Assembly: GCA_021828665.1 (NCBI GenBank)
Contig: JAJZDH010000001.1
Location: 1-49,718 of the forward strand
Source of the DNA: Thermoplasmata archaeon
GTDB taxonomy: Archaea > Thermoplasmatota > Thermoplasmata > Lutacidiplasmatales > UBA184
Length of the DNA: 49,718 nt
Reading direction: 5' to 3'
In this document: positions 16,375 to 25,000 of the stretch, in pieces
How positions within the stretch are numbered: position 1 is the first letter of the stretch
How the letters are laid out: each line of letters begins with the position of its first letter
Translations under genes and position numbers: made by a program
Notes under the pieces: model-generated
The model's input: only the letters and a program-made list of their open reading frames with translations
The model's database searches: none
Told to the model about the DNA's origin: nothing

Positions 16375-19300
16375 TCAGCGCTCCGGGGAATCCCGGGAGG
16401 GGGCGGACGGCCGGCGTAGCAGGACCACCGTGGCGATCGCGGCGCCGACGACGACCAGGAGCGCGATCAGCAGGTATCCGGTATCTCCGGTGAAACCGAG
16501 GAACCCGGGAACCTCCGTCGTGCCGGCCGGCTGGAAGGCGATCGACACGGTCACCGACTGGTTCCGGACGGAGAAGGAGCCGGTACGGGAAGCGGGGAGG
16601 AACCCGGGGACCGGGGAGATCTCGAACGAATACTGACCCGCCGTCTCCTCGAAGCGGACGGTCGTCCCGTTCGAAGTCGACGTGGAGGCGTTGGGTCCAC
16701 CCAGTACAGTGACCGACCAGGACTGACCGCTCGGAAGACCCACCTCGGCGAACGTCACCTCGAAATCGGCCGGGACGAAGGAGATGGTCTCCTCCTCTCC
16801 GGCGCCGGCCACGGAGAACTGGCCGTCGCGGGGGGACGCGTTGAACTCCGAGGGCCCCTCCACGACGAAGGAGTACGATCCGTTCGGTTCGGGAACGGTG
16901 AACTGGGATTCCTCGGCCGTGTGGTTGGACCCGTTCACCCGCACGGTCCAGTTCGTTCCGGACGGGAGTCCCGTCTCGCGGAAGGTGATCGGATACGCGA
17001 AGGGGGAGAAGAGGAGAGCCTTCGTGACGGGCGCATTCGCCACGGAGAAGGTCCCGGCCCGCGGCTCGGACGTGTACCCGGAGGGAGGGGAGATCGAAAA
17101 GGAGTAATTGCCGTCGGCGAGCCCGAAGACGATGGAGGGACCCGGGCTGCTCTGCCGGGTGCCGTTGACGGAGACCGACCAGTTCGCGCCGGCCGGCAAC
17201 CCCGCCTCCGAGAACGTGACCGCGTACGTCCGGGGCGGGGTCGTCGCCGGACCCCGGTAGGCGTAGAGGACGCGGTACATCGGGTTGTTGAGGGCGAGCG
17301 TGGCGGAGAAATCGAGATAGAAGCTCGAGCTCGCCGGATACTGCCCTTCGAAGCAGCTGTTGCCGCAGACCGTCCCGTCGAGCGACCGGTTCGTCCGCCG
17401 CACCGAGCCGTTCCAGGGATCGAACAGGAACTGGGTCCCGTTCGTCCAGGCGGTAGGCCCGTAGGATTGACCGAGCACGTAGTCGGAGGTGCTCACGTAC
17501 CGCTGGATCTCGAGCAGTTGACCGGAGGGGCCGGCGGTCCCGTTGTAGTCGGTGGTGCGCCGTTCGCCCTGAGTCGAGAGGTCCCCGTTCGGGCCGAACG
17601 GGAGGACATAGCTATAGGCCATGCTTCCGGCCCAGTACCCGGCCGAGAAGGCGATGGCACCGATGGACGCGTTGTAGGCGAGGCCGTCGACCCAGTTGAA
17701 CACGATCCCGTGGTCCACCGCGACCGTCGCCACCGACGTGAAATGGATCTCTCCCGACGCATCCCAGAGCGCGTCGAGCTGCTCGACGAGGTCGCCCGAG
17801 TCGCCGTGGGCTTCGACATTGATGAGCGCCTCGCGCTGCGGAAGCCAGTAGGCGTTGTTCGCCTCGAAGCAGGTGGCGGAGGGCCCGAATCCGAAACCGA
17901 GGGTGCCGGCGAGCCAGCTCCGGTGGTCGGCGAGATTGAACGCCTCGATGCTGCAGTTGGAGGAGAGGACCAGGACGGTATTGTTGCCCACGTACTCCGG
18001 TTGCTGGTTCGTGGGATCGACCGCCGCGGAGGTGTTCCAGAGGAGCACCTGCCCGTCGGTGACGTTGACCAGCTCGAGCGTCACATCGGCGCCGGCGGGG
18101 CTCGTGGTGCCGAAGAAGAGGGCGCGGTCCCCCGCGAGGAAGAACTCGTTGTCGAGCATTCCGTTGAGGGGGGAGCCGTACCCGAACCGCTGGTAGAGCG
18201 GGATCACCGGTGCGATCGAGCGGAAGGACCCGTTGGGGATCGCGACGTACCCGAATTGGGAGGAGTTGTCCACATAGTAGACTCCGAACGGAACCCCGGA
18301 ACTGCTCGCGAGCGTGGGCACCTGGGTCGAGACGGTGCCGGTCCGGAAGTAGCCCGTGAGCGGATCGAATCCGGGCAGGTCGTAGGTCCGCTCCTGGTAG
18401 CCGAGGAGCGGGGGGGTGATCGCGTGCACGGGCGCCGACAGTCCGGAGCTCCCGTTCTCGTTCCACGCCGCGACCGCGAAGCAGTAGTCCGCGCTGGAGC
18501 CGAGGCCGCCGACCCGGTACGCCGACACGACCCCCGCCGAGATCGAGCGGACCGGTCCGCGGAGGGGGCAGCTCCCCGGGGAATACCAGACGGTGAGGTT
18601 CGTCACGGTGCCGGTCGGATTCGTCCAGGCCAGATCCACGGTCGATCGGGTGACGTTTCCCACGACGAGCCCCGTCGGCGCGGAAGGGGGCGTCGTGGGG
18701 GACGATCCGGAAACCGTGAACGATAGCGCCGTCCAGTACGTGGAGTACGGTAGGATCCACCACGGGTCGGGCACGCGGAAGGAACCGTCCACGTAGGCCC
18801 AGGAGGCGGCTCCGTTCATCCCGTCCGTCGCGCTCCCGGGAGGATTGGCCGGTCCCCCGGTGTAGTTCCAGGTTCCGTAGACGGTCCCGAAGCCGGTCGG
18901 TCGGGTGCTGGCGAAGACACTGATGAGGGTGTCGCCGGCGGCCGTTCCGCTCAGCGGATCGTAGGGCGAATCGCTCGAACCCTGGCTTCCCGGACCGACG
19001 AGACGGGGGATTGGTCCGATCGCGGCCGGGAACAACCACCACTCCACCATCAGGAACCCCGACGACGAGATGCTGACATTGACCCAGCCCGGCGCGCTGG
19101 CCCGGGTCGCGTTCGCCCACATCGCGAACATCGAGGGGGAACTGGTGACCCCCGGGGTGCCCGGGGTCATGGTCCGGTTGCGGAACCAAAAGATGGCGCC
19201 CGGGTCAAAGGAGGAAGAGACCACGCGGGGCCCGGAACTCTGGTAGTCGAACACCACGGCGACGAACGTGTCGCCCACGGAGAAGTTCATGCCCGTACAG

Positions 19301-19563
19301 TTGAGCCCTGCCGTCGAGGCGGTCATCGAGCAGGAACCGTTGAAGACCGGAGTGAGCGGGCCGCCCCCGCCGGCCGTGGCCGGTGTCGGGGGGAGCGCTC
19401 CCCGAATCCCCGGGGGAAGCGCGCCGGCAGGGCGGCTGTCGGTAGCGGGTGTGGGCAGGAGGAGCAACGCCCCCACGAGCGTCCACGCGGCGAGAGGGAC
19501 GAAGCGGCCTCGAGCCCGGGAGCGGAAGCCCCCCGCTACCACCGCACGAAACGAGAGCCGCAT
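16375..19563 (-). CDS. Membrane-anchored surface protein with FN3 domain and three thermopsin-C-terminal-like GLPxGxxW repeats, ~1062 aa
   Basis: ATG at 19563 is preceded by GAGGTGAcc (SD-like). A GTG at 19569 is the alternative start. Signal is FVPLAAWTLVGALLLLPTPA. FN3-like segment PSAPTGLVVGNVTRSTVDLAWTNP...YCFAVAAWNENGSSG. Three ~77-aa repeats, then the TM GYLLIALLVVVGAAIATVVLL followed by RRP. Confidence 0.85.
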   Translation of the reverse strand: MRLSFRAVVAGGFRSRARGRFVPLAAWTLVGALLLLPTPATDSRPAGALPPGIRGALPPTPATAGGGGPLTPVFNGSCSMTASTAGLNCTGMNFSVGDTFVAVVFDYQSSGPRVVSSSFDPGAIFWFRNRTMTPGTPGVTSSPSMFAMWANATRASAPGWVNVSISSSGFLMVEWWLFPAAIGPIPRLVGPGSQGSSDSPYDPLSGTAAGDTLISVFASTRPTGFGTVYGTWNYTGGPANPPGSATDGMNGAASWAYVDGSFRVPDPWWILPYSTYWTALSFTVSGSSPTTPPSAPTGLVVGNVTRSTVDLAWTNPTGTVTNLTVWYSPGSCPLRGPVRSISAGVVSAYRVGGLGSSADYCFAVAAWNENGSSGLSAPVHAITPPLLGYQERTYDLPGFDPLTGYFRTGTVSTQVPTLASSSGVPFGVYYVDNSSQFGYVAIPNGSFRSIAPVIPLYQRFGYGSPLNGMLDNEFFLAGDRALFFGTTSPAGADVTLELVNVTDGQVLLWNTSAAVDPTNQQPEYVGNNTVLVLSSNCSIEAFNLADHRSWLAGTLGFGFGPSATCFEANNAYWLPQREALINVEAHGDSGDLVEQLDALWDASGEIHFTSVATVAVDHGIVFNWVDGLAYNASIGAIAFSAGYWAGSMAYSYVLPFGPNGDLSTQGERRTTDYNGTAGPSGQLLEIQRYVSTSDYVLGQSYGPTAWTNGTQFLFDPWNGSVRRTNRSLDGTVCGNSCFEGQYPASSSFYLDFSATLALNNPMYRVLYAYRGPATTPPRTYAVTFSEAGLPAGANWSVSVNGTRQSSPGPSIVFGLADGNYSFSISPPSGYTSEPRAGTFSVANAPVTKALLFSPFAYPITFRETGLPSGTNWTVRVNGSNHTAEESQFTVPEPNGSYSFVVEGPSEFNASPRDGQFSVAGAGEEETISFVPADFEVTFAEVGLPSGQSWSVTVLGGPNASTSTSNGTTVRFEETAGQYSFEISPVPGFLPASRTGSFSVRNQSVTVSIAFQPAGTTEVPGFLGFTGDTGYLLIALLVVVGAAIATVVLLRRPSAPSRDSPER
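16528..17226 (-). repeat. Three tandem ~75-81-aa protein repeats (F-x-E-x-GLP-x-G-x-x-W-x-V-x-V-x-G ... Y-S-F)
   Basis: The three units are YAVTFSEAGLPAGANWSVSVNG..GNYSFSISPPSGY, YPITFRETGLPSGTNWTVRVNG..GSYSFVVEGPSEF and FEVTFAEVGLPSGQSWSVTVLG..GQYSFEISPVPGF. The coordinates were converted from residue counts made by hand. Confidence 0.7.
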
Positions 19564-19855
19564 GGTCACCTCACCGCAGACGGCCGGCTCCTATCCCCGG
19601 CAGGGCATGTCGGGGGAGCGAACCCGGTTCGCTCGGGGACCCGGGAAGCTTCGTTCGCTGTGGATGCGGGCGGCAGGGTCCCGAACCTCGGTCCGAAGGA
19701 ACGACGAAAGGAGGGCCCCAGGGAATTCGCCGAGACGAATCCCCGCCCCGACCGCGGCCGACTTCCGAATCCTGCCGCCCGGGAGGCCCGGCCCCTGTCC
19801 GGGGCGCCCCCGGGCGCCCCGGTGCCGCCGGCGCCGCCGGGAGTCGACGACATGC

Positions 19856-22021
19856 CTATTCGAAGCGACCGATCCCCGAGCCGGAGGACTGCTGCCGACC
19901 GGCCTCGAACATCGACACGGCATTCTTGTTCTTCCCGGACATCGCGGCCACGGCCATGGAGATCGGCCGATTCCTCTGGGTCACCCGGATGAAGCCCGCC
20001 CCGAGGAAGCCGGCGGTGGCGGCCTGCAAGGCGACGTTCGCGACTCCCACCTGGGCGGCAATCCCGATGGGGGAGATGACCGGCAACGCGGGTGGGATCG
20101 CAATCGGGATGGGGGGTGGTACGATGGGAGGGGGCGGAGGCAGAGCGATCGGGGGCGGCCCGACGGGGGTCACCTCCACGGTCAGTACGGCCACGGGGAA
20201 CGATTCGACCACGGACGTCACGTTGGTGATCGGCAGGTACGCCGCCCACGAATACAGGCCGCCCACGGGCTGGCTACCGGCCACCGCGCAGGAGTACCCG
20301 AGGCAGGCATCGACCGGCACCGTGGCGAACGGCGGCCCGTTCACGATCACGTTGAACGAAACCGACCAGATATCCCCGATGTACATCTGGTTGGTCGAGG
20401 CATTGCTGCTCCAGTTCCAGCCGTAGGTGCTGTACACGCCGGACGCCCCGCTGCCGCTGAATCCCGTGTAGTTGGCCTGGACCGGCTCCGCGACGCAGTG
20501 CGTCGGACCGGCCCAGAGCACGCCGTTCCCCAGCGCGCACGACGAGGTGAAGTTGGGGCCCCCCAGCGATGCCGGGGCGATCTGGACGGCTCCGTAGGGC
20601 GCGAACTGGAACATGGGCTGGTGGGTGCCGTTCGCGACCAGCGTGGTCTCGATCGGTCCGAAGCCGATCCCGCGGAACGCCGCCAGCAACGTCGGGTTGT
20701 TGGTGTTGGGCGTGTAGGGGCTCCCGATGGGGACCTCCTGCAGCTGGCCGGTCTGCCCGTCCGGGCAGGAGAAGTAGTTGGGGCCGTTCCACGTCCCGCC
20801 CGTGGCGGCGGCCATGGCGCACCCGGCGAGGAGGATGTCCGTGGAGTCCTTCCAGGAGAGGACGCTGTTGGGACCACCGTTCGTCCGGCCGGCCACCCAT
20901 TGCTTGGAATACGGGTTGGTGACCCCGTTGTACAGGTCGATGACATCCACCGTGCACACCTTTCCGATCGAGTCCGTGCACTCCGGCGCGGTGCGGGCAA
21001 GACCGGCGATGGAGTCCGAGACATTGCCGTTGTTGGAACGGACCCAGCCTTCGCACTCCGGGCTCTGGACCGCCCCGAAGTTGTAGGACGGTTCGCATCC
21101 CGGACTCATGCAGTTCTGGCAGTAATTGGCATAGTCCGAGGAACTCGGGTAATAGTTGATCGTGAAGCTCGGATCCCGCGGAACCGTCGATCCCATCCAG
21201 ACGATGACATGGTGCGTGTTCGGCGACCAGTCGAGGCCGCTTCCGATGATGGTCCCGTAGAGCGCCGTGATCACCGAGGAGTGGAGGATGTTGTCCGAAA
21301 GGTCCGAATCGGAGTAGATGTACCCGCCGTCCAAGACATTGGCCTGGAAGGATCCCGCGACGGCGCTTCCGAAGTCGCTCGCCGGGACGAAGGAGGGGAT
21401 GTCGACATGGTACTCGAGCCCATCTCCGTCGTCAAAGTTGTCGAGCGTCGCAAAGTAGTCCACCATGGCGAAGGAGACCTGGCTGTGGGGATTCGCGGCC
21501 TGGATCGCCCCCGCGATCTGCTGGGCGTGGGCGACGAAGAACGGGACCCCGTTCGATTCGTCGCAGACCGCGCCGCCCCCCTGGGCGCAGACGTCGTTGC
21601 CAGGGTCGCCCGCGCTGGGATCGTAGACGCCATCGTAGGCGGTGGTCTCCACCACGAAGGCGACCTGCACGGCCGGCCACGCCTCAATCCCGTTCGGGGA
21701 GGCTTCGGCGGTCATGGTCACCCGGCTCACTCCGTTCCCCACCGCGCAGTCGGTCCCCCCGTAGGCGCAGACGGCTCTCGGATTGTCCGAGATGGAGAGC
21801 GTGAGCCCGGGAACCGCCTGGGCCGAGGGGACGGGAATGGCCGCCGGGGCGGCCAACGACACCAACGGCGTCGCATCCACCGGCGGGGCCGGCGCGATCG
21901 CCGGATGGATGGAACCCGTGCTCGTCGCCGGCACCGCCGGGCCGAAGGCCCCGATCAGCACCCCAAGGACAAATCCGGCCAATAGCAAGACCAGCGTTCG
22001 GCGCCCGAAGACCTTCCTCAT
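19856..22021 (-). CDS. Surface protein, 721 aa, Cys-rich ectodomain (possible vWA/Rossmann-like alpha/beta core), Pro-rich stalk and conserved C-terminal anchoring module
   Basis: ATG at 22021 overlaps the stop of the giant upstream gene (ATGA 22018-22021). Signal is MRKVFGRRTLVLLLAGFVLGVLIGAFG. Strand-like VAFVVETT and HVIVWMGST segments suggest a vWA-like fold, but this is a weak call because there is no DxSxS. The C-terminus is PPPIALPPPPPIVPPPIPIAIPP...ATAGFLGAGFIRVTQRNRPISMAVAA. It is homologous to the C-terminus of CDS 42126..44384. Confidence 0.85.
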   Translation of the reverse strand: MRKVFGRRTLVLLLAGFVLGVLIGAFGPAVPATSTGSIHPAIAPAPPVDATPLVSLAAPAAIPVPSAQAVPGLTLSISDNPRAVCAYGGTDCAVGNGVSRVTMTAEASPNGIEAWPAVQVAFVVETTAYDGVYDPSAGDPGNDVCAQGGGAVCDESNGVPFFVAHAQQIAGAIQAANPHSQVSFAMVDYFATLDNFDDGDGLEYHVDIPSFVPASDFGSAVAGSFQANVLDGGYIYSDSDLSDNILHSSVITALYGTIIGSGLDWSPNTHHVIVWMGSTVPRDPSFTINYYPSSSDYANYCQNCMSPGCEPSYNFGAVQSPECEGWVRSNNGNVSDSIAGLARTAPECTDSIGKVCTVDVIDLYNGVTNPYSKQWVAGRTNGGPNSVLSWKDSTDILLAGCAMAAATGGTWNGPNYFSCPDGQTGQLQEVPIGSPYTPNTNNPTLLAAFRGIGFGPIETTLVANGTHQPMFQFAPYGAVQIAPASLGGPNFTSSCALGNGVLWAGPTHCVAEPVQANYTGFSGSGASGVYSTYGWNWSSNASTNQMYIGDIWSVSFNVIVNGPPFATVPVDACLGYSCAVAGSQPVGGLYSWAAYLPITNVTSVVESFPVAVLTVEVTPVGPPPIALPPPPPIVPPPIPIAIPPALPVISPIGIAAQVGVANVALQAATAGFLGAGFIRVTQRNRPISMAVAAMSGKNKNAVSMFEAGRQQSSGSGIGRFE

Positions 22022-25000
22022 GGAGAACCCCCCTGAACCGTGGATTTGTTGCCGTCAAGCCGCTGGGGCGATGGATTCGTGGCCGGTGGGCTCCAGCCCG
22101 ACTCGGTCCTCCAGGGGCCGAGCCCGAGGTAGGCCACCACGCCGATGGCCGCAATGCCCGCCAGGAGGAGAGCCGATCCCAAGGTGAACCCACCCGAACC
22201 GCTCGTGGCCGTGGCCGAGACCGGGGTCAGGGCCAGGGTGGCGGGAAGGATCGCGGAGGACTTCGCCACGACCGGGCTGAAATTCGGCAGGTACCCGGCG
22301 GCCGACACATTGATCCGGTACGTCCCGAAATAGACCCGCGCCGAGAAGGTACCCTGGGCGGTGGTGAAGAGCGTGCCCTCCGACACCGGCAACCCATCCT
22401 CGGTGGCTCCCGAAATGACCACGGAAGCGTTCGCGATCGGGGCTCCCGTCAGGGAGTCCACCACCAGACCGGAGATCTCGGTGGATCCCGGGTAGAGCAG
22501 GATATTGCGCGTGACCGCCGCTCCCGAAATTCCGACCGATATGTTGACGGTTCCGTAGCCTCCGGCGTTGCTGGCGGTCACCGGTGGGGAGACCGTGATC
22601 GTGTAGGTCCCGTTGGGCAGGGCCACGGAATAGCTCCCCGTCGGGCCGGAGGAGGCGAGCTGGGTGCCGCCGACCACGATCCGGGCCTGGCTGATCGGCG
22701 CCCCGGTCAGCCCGTCGCTGATGAGGCCGCTCACCGTGTACACCGTCTGGGGAAGAGCGAACTCGATCCCGCTGAGGTCGGCGTGGACCGTGATCGTTCG
22801 GCTTTCGGCGCTGTATCCGTTCTGTTCCGCCGTCAACACGTAGACCCCCCAGGGAATCGAGAGCACGAACCCTCCCGAGGCGTTGGTGGCGGTGGCGAAG
22901 TTCGACCCGGCCGTCACCACGGCCCCATCGAGGGGGGTGGAATTCTCCCCGCCCACGACGCTGCCCTGCACCGAGTAGAGCAGATTGGTTCCCGTGGGGA
23001 TGAGGAAGATCGTGAAGATGGTCGTGACGATCCCCGCCAGCAGGACGACATGCACGTACGCGTCCTGGTAGTTCGGTCCCGCGACCACGAGCACGTACGG
23101 TCCGGGAGGGCCCGAAAGGGAGAACGCGCCGGAAGCGCTCACCGGGACGTTCCCGGTGCAGTTGCCGACGCTCCACCGCTCGCAGGCCTGGACCAGCGCA
23201 CCGACGACCGGTGCGTTCGTGTCCTGACCGAACACGGTGCCTTGGACCGTCCCCAGGGCCTCGAGGAAGATCGTTCCGATGCTCGCATACTCGCCCGGCC
23301 CCAAGGAGAGCGACAGGTACGTGGCATTGTATCCGGTCGCATTGAGGGCCAGGATGTAATTGCCGTACGGGACCGAGAGTTCAAACTGCCCGATCGAATC
23401 GGTCAGGACCGTGACAAAGCAGGGACCGGTCGGTTGACCGGGGAGGGCGATCGCGGAGCACATGCTCACGTTCGCCCCCACGACCGGGAGACCCGACGGG
23501 TCCCCGAGGAGCGTTCCGGTGACGGTGGCATACTGGTCGATCACGAAGTTTCCCGCCCATTCCCAGACATCGGACCGGACCAGGATGGTGCCGGGGGTGG
23601 TGTTCTCCGAGTATCCGGGCGCGGAGATCGCGATCGTGTCCCGGCCCGGGTCGGCCACCACCCAGAAGTAGCCGGTGCCGTTCGTCGTGACATTGCTGTT
23701 CTGGCAGGTCGGCGATGCGATCGGGCAGACCGACACCGTCGCCCCGTACAGCGGAACGTTCCCGGGGTAGACGAAGATCCGGCCGGCGACCACCCCGAGG
23801 CCGGTCAGATTGAGGGGGGTCAAGTTCCCCAGCTCCCCGACTCCGACCTTGACCCGGGTGTTGTTGGTCAGGTAGCCATTCAGGGTGACCGACACCTGAT
23901 CCACCGCGCCCGGTGGGGCATCGGACATGAAGAACCCGGCACCGTTGGAGATGATCCCCACGGTCCCGGAACCATTCGGGTTCGAGACGGTCGCCGAGGC
24001 CCCGTAGACCGGTACCCCGAGCGCCGAGTCGACCACCGTCCCCCATACCCATCCCCACGGCTGCAGCAGGATGGAACCGATCTGGGCGGAACTGCCGTTG
24101 ACGAAGGTGGTGGCGCTCTCGTTGACGCTGATGTTCTCCACCACCGTGCCATTGAAATCGGGAGCGGCGACGGTCAGCGTCAGATTCCTTCCGATCGGCG
24201 CGGTCATATTCACGAATCCATGGCCATCGGCCACGGCCGAGGCTCCCGAGACCACCGAGTCGTTCTTGGTGATCACGGTCGCCGTGGCGACGGCATACGG
24301 GACGACGCTCGACGTGCCCCCGAAGGCCGCCACCGAGGCATCCACCTGGAAATTCAGCCAACCGAAATGGGCGAGGGAGATCTTCGGCAATAGCCAGACG
24401 GCGGAGGCGGAGATGTTCTCGAGCAGGGAGAGGTTGTTCGCAAACCAGGCGAGCGGGAAGCGATACGAGAAGTTGTGGGGCATGTACGCCGACACCTGGG
24501 AGGCCGGGGTCAACCCGTTCGTGATGTTTCCCGGCGGCATGAAGATCGTGTACTCGCCGCCACCCCCCAGCGCCTCCGTGTACGTGAAGACGGCAAAGTT
24601 CGGCGTCGCCACCGTCAGGGCGATGCTGCCGAAGCGGACCGGAGTGGCGTTGTTGGTCGACCCGTCCCGCACCACGCCCGTGAACGCAGTGTAGATGACA
24701 TTCCCCATCACCAAGAACGGAAGGCTGCCGTTCTTGGTCGTGTTCCAGACGGTGTCGTTCTCGAGGAACCCCTGACGCGCCGATCCTTGACCGCCGCCGG
24801 AAGGCACCGAAAAGACGAGGTCCGCCTTGGAGTTGACCGCCGAGATGTTGAAGAATCCGCCGGAATCCGTTTCGCCAAGCGAAGTGATCTCATGATTGTG
24901 GCTCGCCACGGTGACCAGCGTCTGCACCCCGATCCCCTCGGAGATCGTCACCACGTTGCGCCAGGGATCCACCACGATCCGACCGCGAAGGTACCCCAAC

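Noticed and set aside
19856-22021. Calling the 721-aa protein a bona fide von Willebrand factor A (vWA) protein paired with the AAA+ ATPase (MoxR-vWA style)
   Set aside because: Only strand-like patterns (VAFVVETT, HVIVWMGST) suggest a Rossmann-like core. The MIDAS DxSxS motif is absent. The ATPase is Cdc48-like rather than MoxR-like and lies 8 kb away. I kept this as a low-confidence note only.
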